Below, in pieces: positions 14,154 through 22,633 of a stretch of 55,061 bases of DNA. Each line of letters begins with the position of its first letter. Positions within the stretch are counted from its first letter, which is position 1. Source of the stretch: Gammaproteobacteria bacterium (lineage in GTDB: Bacteria > Pseudomonadota > Gammaproteobacteria > SZUA-140); contig WGFB01000013.1 in the NCBI GenBank assembly GCA_015492435.1, forward strand, positions 1 to 55,061, written 5' to 3'. The translations under genes were made by a program, and so were the position numbers. The notes below the pieces were generated by a model. The model worked only from the letters and a program-made list of their open reading frames with translations, did no database searches and had not been told where the DNA came from.

Positions 14154-14759
14154 TTACAGCTTGTCGGCATTGCTGGCCAGGTATTCGGCCACGCCCTCGG
14201 GCGAGGCATCCATTCCCTTCTCACCCTCCTTCCAGCCCGCGGGGCAGACTTCTCCGTGCTTTTCATGGAACTGCAGGGCATCCACCATGCGCAGCATTTC
14301 GTCGATGTTCCTGCCCAGGGGCAGGTCGTTCACCACCTGGTGGCGCACCACGCCCGCCTTGTCGATGAGAAATGAGCCTCGGAAGGCCACCGCGCCATCG
14401 GGCGTCTCCACATCGTAGGCCTTGCAGATGCCATGGGTCATATCGGCCACCAGGGTGTAGCCGACGGGCCCGATGCCGCCCTTGTCAACCGGTGTGTTGC
14501 GCCAGGCATTGTGGGTGAAGTGGGAATCGATGGATACGCCGATGACCTCGACATTGCGCTTCTTGAATTCATCCAGGCGATGGTCGAAGGCGATCAGTTC
14601 CGAGGGGCACACAAAGGTAAAATCCAGCGGGTAGAAAAAGATGACCGCGTACTTGTCCTTGATGGCCTCCGACAGCGTGTACTCATCGACGATGGAACCG
14701 TCACCCAATACGGCGGGGGCGGTGAAATCCGGGGCCTGACGGCCAACTAATACTCCCAT
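14154..14759 (-). CDS. ahpC: Typical 2-Cys peroxiredoxin (AhpC/TSA)
   Basis: FYPLDFTFVCPSE peroxidatic motif and GEVCPAGW resolving motif; AGGAGG RBS. Confidence 0.93.
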   Translation of the reverse strand: MGVLVGRQAPDFTAPAVLGDGSIVDEYTLSEAIKDKYAVIFFYPLDFTFVCPSELIAFDHRLDEFKKRNVEVIGVSIDSHFTHNAWRNTPVDKGGIGPVGYTLVADMTHGICKAYDVETPDGAVAFRGSFLIDKAGVVRHQVVNDLPLGRNIDEMLRMVDALQFHEKHGEVCPAGWKEGEKGMDASPEGVAEYLASNADKL

Positions 14760-14953
14760 GTGCTACCTCCTTAAAGATATATGCAGCGTGATAACAAAAG
14801 CTAAATATAGGCCCGGCCCGCTCTAATCTCAAGTGAATTCGCCACTGGTAATCCCTTAAAAAACGTAACGTTTCATTCAATTGGCGCGCCTCTCGCGCTG
14901 GACTGGCGCCACCGTCGCGCGGCGGCCGGCAAAGCAACACCCATGAAAAAGGC

Positions 14954-15047
14954 AAAAAAAAGCGCGCATGGCTCTTTGAAAGGGGAGGGGGAGGAAGCTC
15001 ATGCGCGCAACGGAGTTTAATACAAGAGGAGGTCTATATATTAAACA
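14954..15047 (-). ncRNA. Candidate trans-acting small RNA with two anti-SD loops
   Basis: Minus strand hairpin 1: GTTTAATA..GACCTCCTCTTG..TATTAAAC. Hairpin 2/terminator: GCGCGCATG..CCTCCCCCTCCCC..CATGCGCGC then T8. AT-rich promoter region directly upstream, divergent from a LysR gene. Confidence 0.6.
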
Positions 15048-15054
15048 CGCGCCT

Positions 15055-15125
15055 ACTATGCTACAGTTTTATCATATATGATAGTAAATTATTTTAATGT
15101 ATTTAATTGATATACATCAATACAA
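15055..15125. promoter_or_regulatory. AT-rich divergent promoter region with probable LysR binding sites
   Basis: Palindrome TATCATATATGATA (15070-15083) and TTGATATACATCAA (15107-15120) in a very AT-rich stretch between the LysR gene and the sRNA candidate. Confidence 0.5.
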
Positions 15126-15136
15126 AATCCACGCCC

Positions 15137-16072
15137 ATGATCAAGATCAGAAACGCCACCTTCCGGCAACTGCAAGCCTTTGAATCCATAGCGAGAAACG
15201 GCTCCATCACCGCGGCAGCGGCGGAGTTGCACCTCACCCAGCCCACCCTCTCCATACAACTGAAGAAATTGACGGCCGTGGTGGGCATGCCCCTTTTCGA
15301 CCAGATCGGCAAGCGCATCCATCTCACCGAGGTAGGCCGCGAGTTGCTCGAGACCTGTCATTCCGTGTTCGAAACCCTGTCCGCCTTCGAAATGACCGTG
15401 TCCAACATGAAGGGCGTCAAGGAAGGGAATCTGCGCCTGTCGGGGGTGACCACAGCCGAGTATTTCGCCCCCCGCATCCTGGGCGCCTTCTGCAAGCGTT
15501 ACCCGGGGATCAATGTCACCCTGGAGGTCACCAACCGCCGGCGCGTCCTGGAACGGCTGGAGCAGAACCTCGACGATCTCTATATCGTGGGCCAGGCGCC
15601 GACGGAGCCCCATATCCACCGCATGCCCTTTCTGGCCAATCCCCTGGTGGTGCTGGCGCCCCCCGGCCATCGCCTCGCCGGCCGGAAAAACATTCCCATC
15701 CAGGAACTGGCGCGGGAGAATTTCATCATGCGGGAACCCGGCTGCGGCACCTATGGCTCCATCGACCGCCTCGTCCGCGAGCACGATTTCCAGTTCAAAA
15801 GCCAGATCGGCCTGGGCAGCAACGAGGCCATCAAGCAGGGTGTCATCGGCGGGCTGGGCATATCCATGCTGTCCGTCTACGCCCTCACCCACGAATTGCA
15901 AAGCGGAGAGCTGGTGCTGCTTGACGTGCAGGGCTTTCCCATCGAGGACCAGTGGTCATTGTGTTATCCACGTGGCAAGCAGCTCTCGGTGGTGGCCCGC
16001 CTGTTCACCGACTACATGCTCAGCGAGGGTCGCGAGCTGACCCTGAAATCCTTGGCCAATATCGACTTCTGA
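15137..16072 (+). CDS. LysR-family regulator, CbbR-like
   Basis: ATFRQLQAF..AAAELHLTQPTLSIQLKKL..VGMPLFDQIGKRIHLTEVG; FLANPLVV, IMREPG, LGSNEAIKQGV, LDVQGFPI, all characteristic of the CbbR/CmpR clade. Confidence 0.85.
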   Translation: MIKIRNATFRQLQAFESIARNGSITAAAAELHLTQPTLSIQLKKLTAVVGMPLFDQIGKRIHLTEVGRELLETCHSVFETLSAFEMTVSNMKGVKEGNLRLSGVTTAEYFAPRILGAFCKRYPGINVTLEVTNRRRVLERLEQNLDDLYIVGQAPTEPHIHRMPFLANPLVVLAPPGHRLAGRKNIPIQELARENFIMREPGCGTYGSIDRLVREHDFQFKSQIGLGSNEAIKQGVIGGLGISMLSVYALTHELQSGELVLLDVQGFPIEDQWSLCYPRGKQLSVVARLFTDYMLSEGRELTLKSLANIDF

Positions 16073-16076
16073 CGCC

Positions 16077-16910
16077 TCACGCCTCTCCCGGCCGGCAGGC
16101 CCCTGTACAATCCACGGCATACCACCGGGGTTCAGCGGCCACGCGCATGGCTGTCAGCGCGCCGCCCCACAGGCAGCCGCTGTCCAGGGCATAGATGCCC
16201 TCACGGGCATAGCAACCCAGGGTGGACCAGTGGCCGAAGATGATGCGCAGGGACGCGCTGGCGCGACCGGGCACATCGAACCAGGGGAGGTGATCGCCCC
16301 GCTGTTGCCCGGGCGGCCCTTTTTCCCCCAGCACCAGCTCCCCGTCATGCCGGCAGTAGCGCAGGCGGGTCAGGCAGTTCACGATGAAACGCAGGCGCGC
16401 CCACCCCGCCAGGTCGTCACACCAGCGGGAAGGGGCATCCCCGTACATCCGGGCAAGGAAATCCCCGACGTCGTCCGAGCGCAGGACTGTCTCCACTTCC
16501 CGGGCGCAGGCCTGGGCCAGGCGCAGGTCCCATTGGGGCGGCAGGCCGGCGTGGATCATGGTGAAGCCACTCTCATCGTCGTGATGCAAGAGGGGACGGT
16601 GGCGCAGCCAGGTCAGCAGTTCCTCGCGGTCCGGCGCCTCCAGGATGGGATCCAGGGTATCCCGGCGGTGGGGTCCGCGGATGCCCGCCGCCACCGCCAG
16701 CAGGTGCAGGTCGTGATTGCCCAGCACGGTGACGGCGCCCTCGCCCAGCGACTTGACGAAGCGCAGCGCCTCCAGGGAGCGCGGGCCGCGGTTGACCAGG
16801 TCACCGACGAACCACAGGCGGTCCGCCGCCGGATCGAAACGTATCTTGTCCAGCAAGCGCTGGAGGTCGTCGAAGCAGCCCTGAACGTCGCCGATGGCAA
16901 ACACCGCCAT
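16077..16910 (-). CDS. apaH: Symmetrical bis(5'-nucleosyl)-tetraphosphatase
   Basis: IGDVQGC, VGDLVNRGP, LGNHDLHLL, HAGLPPQW, FGHWS, LDSGCLWGG. Confidence 0.96.
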   Translation of the reverse strand: MAVFAIGDVQGCFDDLQRLLDKIRFDPAADRLWFVGDLVNRGPRSLEALRFVKSLGEGAVTVLGNHDLHLLAVAAGIRGPHRRDTLDPILEAPDREELLTWLRHRPLLHHDDESGFTMIHAGLPPQWDLRLAQACAREVETVLRSDDVGDFLARMYGDAPSRWCDDLAGWARLRFIVNCLTRLRYCRHDGELVLGEKGPPGQQRGDHLPWFDVPGRASASLRIIFGHWSTLGCYAREGIYALDSGCLWGGALTAMRVAAEPRWYAVDCTGACRPGEA

Positions 16911-16912
16911 GG

Positions 16913-17383
16913 TCAGGGCGCCTTGCGATTCCCGGTATCCTCCGGCGCCACGCGCAAGGAGAAGGTGACCGGTCCTTCATTGACCAATGCGACCCGCATG
17001 TCGGCGCCGAAGGCGCCGCTCTGCACCGGCCGATGCCGTTGCTCCGCCGCCCTGACCAGATGATCGAACAATTGCTGTCCCTGCGCCGGTCCGGCCGCCG
17101 GCGTAAAGCTGGGCCGCGTTCCCTTGCGGGTATCCGCGGCCAGGGTGAACTGGGGCACCAGCAGCAACCCCCCCCGCCGGTCCTGGAGACTGAGATTCAT
17201 CTTCCCCGCCTCGTCCTCGAATACGCGGTAGTTCAGGATGCGCTCCAGCATCCTTCCGGCCTCGCGCTCCATATCGCCACGCTCCACGGCCACGAAGACC
17301 AGCAATCCTTCGCCGATTTCCGCGATCATGCTTCCCCCCACTGAGACGGAGGCGCGGCTGACACGCTGCAACAGGGCGATCAT
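16913..17383 (-). CDS. dtd: D-aminoacyl-tRNA deacylase
   Basis: [31 protein letters not shown]. Confidence 0.96.
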   Translation of the reverse strand: MIALLQRVSRASVSVGGSMIAEIGEGLLVFVAVERGDMEREAGRMLERILNYRVFEDEAGKMNLSLQDRRGGLLLVPQFTLAADTRKGTRPSFTPAAGPAQGQQLFDHLVRAAEQRHRPVQSGAFGADMRVALVNEGPVTFSLRVAPEDTGNRKAP

Positions 17384-17386
17384 GAC

Positions 17387-18340
17387 TCAGGACAGGCGCT
17401 GCCCCAGGGTCTGGGTGGCGGAGATGAGGGCGCTGCGGATGCCCGCCTCGGTGGCGGAATGACCGGCATTGCCGATGATCTGGAATTCCGCTTCGGGCCA
17501 GGCGCGATGCAGCAGGTAGGCGTTTTCCAAGGGACACACGATGTCGTAGCGGCCATGAATGATATAACCGGGAATGTCCTTCAGGCGGCGGGCATTGGCG
17601 AGAATCTGACCGGGTTCGAGAAAGGCGTTGTTCACGAAGTAGTGGCATTCGATGCGCGCCAGGCTGAGGGCGGTATAGGGCGCGGTGAAGTGCCCCATGA
17701 TTTTCGAATTGAGCTGCAGGCTGGCGGCGCGCGCCTCCCATTTCGACCAGGCCTTGGCCGCGGCCATCCGGGCGAGTTCGTTCTCGCCCGTGAGGCGGCG
17801 GTGATAGGCCCGCAGCAGATCATCGCGCTCGTTCTCGGGGATGATGCGCAGGTAGTCCTGCCAATAGTCGGGAAAGATGCGGCTGGCGCCCCCTTCCTGG
17901 TAGAACCACTCGATCTCCGTGGGACGGCACAGGAAGATGCCGCGCAGGACCAGCCCCAGCACCCGCTGCGGATGGGTTTCGGCATACACCAGGCTGAGGG
18001 TGGAGCCCCACGATCCACCGAACAGCACCCAGCGCTCGATGCCCAAGTGCTCGCGGATGCGCTCCAGGTCCTCCACCAGGGCCTGGGTATGGTTGCCCTC
18101 CAGTTCGGCGTGGGGACTGGATTTTCCGCAGCCACGCTGATCGTACACCACGATGCGGTAGATGTCCGGATCGAAGAAACGCCGCTGATAGGGCTCCGAG
18201 CCGGCGCCGGGCCCGCCGTGCACCACGGCCACCGGCAGACCGGATGGGTTGCCGAATTCCTCCACGTGCAGGACGTGGGGAGGATCGACCTTGAGGCTGT
18301 GGGTCACGTAGGGTTTGATGTCGGGGTACAGGTCCGGCAT
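17387..18340 (-). CDS. pip: Proline iminopeptidase
   Basis: HGGPG, DQRGCGKS, FGGSWGSTL, LRGIFL, HGRYDIVCP, AGHS. Confidence 0.95.
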   Translation of the reverse strand: MPDLYPDIKPYVTHSLKVDPPHVLHVEEFGNPSGLPVAVVHGGPGAGSEPYQRRFFDPDIYRIVVYDQRGCGKSSPHAELEGNHTQALVEDLERIREHLGIERWVLFGGSWGSTLSLVYAETHPQRVLGLVLRGIFLCRPTEIEWFYQEGGASRIFPDYWQDYLRIIPENERDDLLRAYHRRLTGENELARMAAAKAWSKWEARAASLQLNSKIMGHFTAPYTALSLARIECHYFVNNAFLEPGQILANARRLKDIPGYIIHGRYDIVCPLENAYLLHRAWPEAEFQIIGNAGHSATEAGIRSALISATQTLGQRLS

Positions 18341-18376
18341 GGCTTAGGCCCTTTCTTCTGCGTTATTCAATGACAT

Positions 18377-19417
18377 TTACAACAACCCCACTCCCAGAGC
18401 CATGCCAATGGCATAAGTGACAGCACCTGCACCACCACCAATCAGCATCATGCGCACACCACTGCGCACAGCGTCACGTCCCGTGAAGAGACTGAGCAAT
18501 GCCCCCACTCCAAACAGGCTGAGCAGGGTGATGACCCCAGTATAAACCACTGGGTAGGCAGCGCCTCCATAAAGAAAGGGCAGCAGGGGAATCAAGGCGC
18601 CCAGGGAGAAGGAAAAGAACGAAAAACCTGCCGCGCCCAGTGGAGAGCCCAGGTCATCGGGATTCAGGCCCAGTTCCTCCCGCGCCAGGGTGTCGAGGGC
18701 GTGCTCGGGATCCTTGAGCAGGTCGGCGGCGACCCGTCGCGCGCGTCCCATCTCCACGCCGCGGGCATTGTAGATCAGGGCCAGTTCCTCGGCCTCCTCG
18801 TCGGGATATTGCTCCAGTTCCTCCCGTTCGAGGCGGATCTGGTATTCGTAGAGTTCACGCTGGGAGCGCACCGAGACATACTCACCCGCCGCCATGGAGG
18901 CCGCTCCCGCCACCATGCCCGCGATGCCCGTCATGAGTATCAGTTTGTGATCGTGAGTCGCCCCCGCAACGCCCATCACCAGGCTGGCGTTGGATACCAG
19001 GCCGTCGTTCACCCCGAACACGGCGGCGCGCAGGTTACCGCCTCCACCGAATCCGGCATGACGGTGACCCACTTCCTCCACGCAGGTGGGCATGGCATGT
19101 CCCTCGCTGAGCATGGCGCTGCTGTAGACGGACAGGCCGCGCACCTTCATGGCCGCCAGCACCGGGCGGATGGTGCGCGGCCCCAGCAACTTGATCAGCC
19201 AGGCAACGATGCGGGTGCGGGGCGTGAGCCTGAAGGTCCCGGGCAGGGCGCCCCCCTCCTCGCGCATCTTCTCTTCCCAGAGGCGCGCCTGCTCCTCGGC
19301 GGCCCTGGCCAGTGCGATGAACATGCGCGACTTTTCCTCGTCCGGCTCGCGCGCGGCCACCAGGCGATAGAGCACCGCGGACTGCTTCTCCTCTTGCCAG
19401 TTTTCCAGGTTGGACAT
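18377..19417 (-). CDS. VIT1/CCC1 family Fe/Mn transporter with N-terminal ferritin/rubrerythrin-like helices
   Basis: NLRAAVFGVNDGLVSN, AGAASMAAGEYVSVRSQRE, REELGL; C-terminal TM helices. Confidence 0.92.
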   Translation of the reverse strand: MSNLENWQEEKQSAVLYRLVAAREPDEEKSRMFIALARAAEEQARLWEEKMREEGGALPGTFRLTPRTRIVAWLIKLLGPRTIRPVLAAMKVRGLSVYSSAMLSEGHAMPTCVEEVGHRHAGFGGGGNLRAAVFGVNDGLVSNASLVMGVAGATHDHKLILMTGIAGMVAGAASMAAGEYVSVRSQRELYEYQIRLEREELEQYPDEEAEELALIYNARGVEMGRARRVAADLLKDPEHALDTLAREELGLNPDDLGSPLGAAGFSFFSFSLGALIPLLPFLYGGAAYPVVYTGVITLLSLFGVGALLSLFTGRDAVRSGVRMMLIGGGAGAVTYAIGMALGVGLL

Positions 19418-19469
19418 GTGTAGAACAGGTTCCTCCGGCAGCCCGGTCAGGTATCGGCGGCCGTCATCA

Positions 19470-22016
19470 TCAACGTTTCTGTTTCATGATCTCTTCCATG
19501 ATCCTCAGACCGCTGAAGGCGTCCTTGGCGTAGTGCACGCTTTCCTTGTCCGTGTAGGCCTCGCGGCAGTCCTGCTCCACGTAGCGCCGCGTCAGCGCCG
19601 CGCCGCCCAGCAGCACGGGGATGGAAATCCCCTCGCGCTTCATCTCCTCCAGGTTCTCCTTCATGATCACCGTGGACTTGACCAGCAGGCCGGACATGCC
19701 GATGGCGTCGGCGGCATGGGTGCGCGCCGCTTCCATGATGTTGCCCACGGGTTGCTTGATGCCCAGGTTGATGACCTTGTAGCCGTTGTTGGTGAGAATG
19801 ATGTCCACCAGGTTCTTGCCGATATCGTGCACGTCGCCCTTGACGGTGGCCAGCACCAGGGTGCCTTTCTCCTGCCCCTCCACCTTTTCCATGTGCGGTT
19901 CCAGCAGGGCCACCGCCGCTTTCATGGTCTCAGCAGACTGCAGCACGAAGGGCAGTTGCATCTCCCCCGAACCGAACAGCTCCCCCACCACCTTCATGCC
20001 GTCGAGCAGCAGGGTGTTGATGATCTCCAGCGGTGGATATTTCTCCATGGCCTTGAGGATGTCCTCCTCCAGGCCCTGCTTGTCGCCATCGATGATGCGC
20101 TGCTTGAGCACTTCCTCGATGGTCGAGGGGCGTTTCTTCTCCTCGGCGGCCTCTTCCACATCCTTGAACAGTTCAACGAAATGCAGCAGGGGATCGCGGC
20201 CCTCGCGGCGGCGGTTGAAAATCAGGTCCTCGGCGGCCTGGCGCTGCGCCTCGCCGATCTTGTGCAGGGGCATGATCTTGGACACGTGGATGATGGCCGC
20301 CGTCATGCCGCGCTGCTGGGCGTGATGGAGAAAGACGGAATTCAGCACATGGCGCGCGGCGGGCTTGAGCCCGAAGGAGATATTGGACAGACCCAGCATG
20401 ATCTGGCACTCGGGCAACTCCCTGGCGATGCGCTCGATGGCGTCGAGGGTGTTCTTGCCATGATCGCGGTCCTCCTCCACACCGGTGCAGATGGTGAAGG
20501 TGAGTGGATCGAAAATGAGATCGGAGGGCGGCAGGCCATGCCGGTTGACGGCAAAATCGTAGAGGCGGTGGGCGATGCGCAGCTTGTCGTCCACCTCCTT
20601 GGCCATGCCCTGCTCGTCAATGGTGAGGGCAACGACGGCGGTGCCGAACTTCTTGGCAAAACCCAGGATCCGCGCCGCCTTCTCCTCGCCATCCTCGAAA
20701 TTGATGGAGTTGATGATGCTCTTGCCACCGAGCAGCTTGAGGGCCACCTCGATGACCTCGGCCTCCGTGGAATCGATCACCAGCGGCACGGTAATCTGCC
20801 CGCGGTAGCGGGACACCAGTTCGGCCATGTCAACCGCCTCGGGACGCCCCACGTAGGCCACGCACACATCGAGGGCGTGGGAACCCTCGCGCACCTGCTC
20901 GCGCCCGATGCTCACCAGGGCATCCCAGTCTTCCTGTCCCAGGAGTTCGCGGAACTTCTTGGAGCCGTTGGCGTTGGAGCGCTCGCCGATGGCGAAGACG
21001 CTGTTCTCCTGGCGCAGGGCCACGGAGGAATACAGGGAACTGACCGCCGGGGTGAGGCGCACCTGGCGCGGCACGGGCGCGGGTGAAGACCGCTCGTCGA
21101 GCATGGCGCGCAAGGCGGCGATGTGTTCCGGTGTGGTGCCGCAACAACCGCCAATGAGATTGACGCCGTCCTCCTCGATGAAGCGCTGCTGCCATTCCGC
21201 CAGTTCCTCCGCCCCCAGGGGATATTCCGTCCTTCCATCCACCAGCATGGGCAGGCCGGCATTGGGCATGACGGAAATAAAGCCGGGCCAGTTCTCGCCC
21301 AGATACTGCACGTGCTCGGACATCTCGGCGGGGCCAGTGGCGCAGTTGAGGCCGATGGCGTCAACGTCCATGGCCGCCAGGGCGGTGACGGCGCAGGCGA
21401 TGTCGGAGCCCACCAGCATGCTGCCGGTGGTCTCGATGGTGACCTGGGTGAAGATGGGCGCATCCTCGCGCCCCGTCTCGCGGCGCGCACTGCGGCAGCC
21501 GTTGATGGCCGCCTTGAGGGTCAGCAGATCCTGGTTGGTCTCCAGCAGGAAGGCATCGGCGCCACCGTCAAGGAGGCCGCGCGCCTGCTCGGCATAGGAT
21601 GCCTCCAGGGCATCGTAGTCCACATGTCCCAGGCTGCACAGCTTGGTGCCGGGGCCAATGGAGCCCAGGACATAGCGCGGCCATTGTGGCGTGGAGAACT
21701 CTTCCGCAACCGCGCAGGCGAGACGGGCCGCCTTGACGTTCAGCTCATAGGCCTGATCCTGCAGGTCGAACTCGGACAGCACGATCTTGTTGGCGCCGAA
21801 GGTGTTGGTTTCCACGCAGTCCGCCCCGGCCTCGAAATAGGTGCGGTGGACGCGCTGGACGAAATCGGGACGGGTGGCGCAAAGAATCTCCGAGCAGTTC
21901 TCCAACCCCAGAAAGTCCTTCTCCAGGTCCCATTCCTCGGCCTGTATCAGGGTGCCGGTACCGCCGTCGCACAGCAGCACCCGTTGTTTCAGTCTGTCGA
22001 TGAATTTTTCTTTCAT
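19470..22016 (-). CDS. metH: Cobalamin-dependent methionine synthase lacking the C-terminal AdoMet reactivation domain
   Basis: Homocysteine domain (GLNCATGP, GGCCGTTP), pterin domain (IGERSNANGSKKF), cap and B12 domains (KGDVHDIGKNLV, SGLLVKST, GGAAL). Ends at 848 aa. Confidence 0.92.
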   Translation of the reverse strand: MKEKFIDRLKQRVLLCDGGTGTLIQAEEWDLEKDFLGLENCSEILCATRPDFVQRVHRTYFEAGADCVETNTFGANKIVLSEFDLQDQAYELNVKAARLACAVAEEFSTPQWPRYVLGSIGPGTKLCSLGHVDYDALEASYAEQARGLLDGGADAFLLETNQDLLTLKAAINGCRSARRETGREDAPIFTQVTIETTGSMLVGSDIACAVTALAAMDVDAIGLNCATGPAEMSEHVQYLGENWPGFISVMPNAGLPMLVDGRTEYPLGAEELAEWQQRFIEEDGVNLIGGCCGTTPEHIAALRAMLDERSSPAPVPRQVRLTPAVSSLYSSVALRQENSVFAIGERSNANGSKKFRELLGQEDWDALVSIGREQVREGSHALDVCVAYVGRPEAVDMAELVSRYRGQITVPLVIDSTEAEVIEVALKLLGGKSIINSINFEDGEEKAARILGFAKKFGTAVVALTIDEQGMAKEVDDKLRIAHRLYDFAVNRHGLPPSDLIFDPLTFTICTGVEEDRDHGKNTLDAIERIARELPECQIMLGLSNISFGLKPAARHVLNSVFLHHAQQRGMTAAIIHVSKIMPLHKIGEAQRQAAEDLIFNRRREGRDPLLHFVELFKDVEEAAEEKKRPSTIEEVLKQRIIDGDKQGLEEDILKAMEKYPPLEIINTLLLDGMKVVGELFGSGEMQLPFVLQSAETMKAAVALLEPHMEKVEGQEKGTLVLATVKGDVHDIGKNLVDIILTNNGYKVINLGIKQPVGNIMEAARTHAADAIGMSGLLVKSTVIMKENLEEMKREGISIPVLLGGAALTRRYVEQDCREAYTDKESVHYAKDAFSGLRIMEEIMKQKR

Positions 22017-22022
22017 ATGCGG

Positions 22023-22622
22023 TCACGATACCTTTTGCGCCACCAGCAGGGCCTCGTCCCTGAATCCACGGGTGACATCGCCGGCGGCGCCCTCCTCGCG
22101 GTAGACGAGCACCTTCAACGGCGCGAACAGTTCCAGCAATTCATTGTCGGCCAGCCTGAAGGCCTCGTTGCGCGGGCCGCCATCGCTCACCCGGGTTCGG
22201 GTGAAGGTCTGGTAGAACAACAGGCCGCCGTCCTTCAGGGCCGCCATAATGGCTGGCGCCAGATCCCGCTCCAGGAAATGACTGATCACGATCACATCGT
22301 AACTCCGCGGCGCGGGAGGATGGCCCATGACATCAACCGCCTCGGCCCGCAGGTTATCCAGCCCCGCCCCGTCCGCCACGGCCCGCAACTGCCCGATGGC
22401 AACGGGCGAGATATCCCAGGCACGGGTATGCAGGCCATGGCGCGCCAGCAACAGGGCATTGGCGCCCAGGCCGCAGGCGATCTCCAGAGCCTCGCCGCCG
22501 CTGGGCAGCAGATGCGCATTCTCCAGCAGCACCCGGTCTGCCGAGCCCGGAGCCTGGCCGTCCCGTTCCTGATAAATGCCATCCCATTTCTCCCGTATGT
22601 CTTGCAATGTATTTATCCTCAT
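22023..22622 (-). CDS. Class I SAM-dependent methyltransferase (TehB-like)
   Basis: ALEIACGLGANA motif I, AWDIS, YDVIV, LKDGGLLFYQTF. Confidence 0.88.
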   Translation of the reverse strand: MRINTLQDIREKWDGIYQERDGQAPGSADRVLLENAHLLPSGGEALEIACGLGANALLLARHGLHTRAWDISPVAIGQLRAVADGAGLDNLRAEAVDVMGHPPAPRSYDVIVISHFLERDLAPAIMAALKDGGLLFYQTFTRTRVSDGGPRNEAFRLADNELLELFAPLKVLVYREEGAAGDVTRGFRDEALLVAQKVS

Positions 22623-22633
22623 GACTCCCGCGG

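Noticed and set aside
14880-14890. ATTGGCGCGCC matching the tRNA-Arg 3' end as a possible att site
   Set aside because: Only 11 bp and GC-rich, and the interval would include essential core genes (def, fmt, topA); likely chance.
15137-16072. Calling the LysR gene oxyR or cbbR
   Set aside because: It lacks the OxyR two-Cys motif and has no adjacent cbb genes; left without a symbol.
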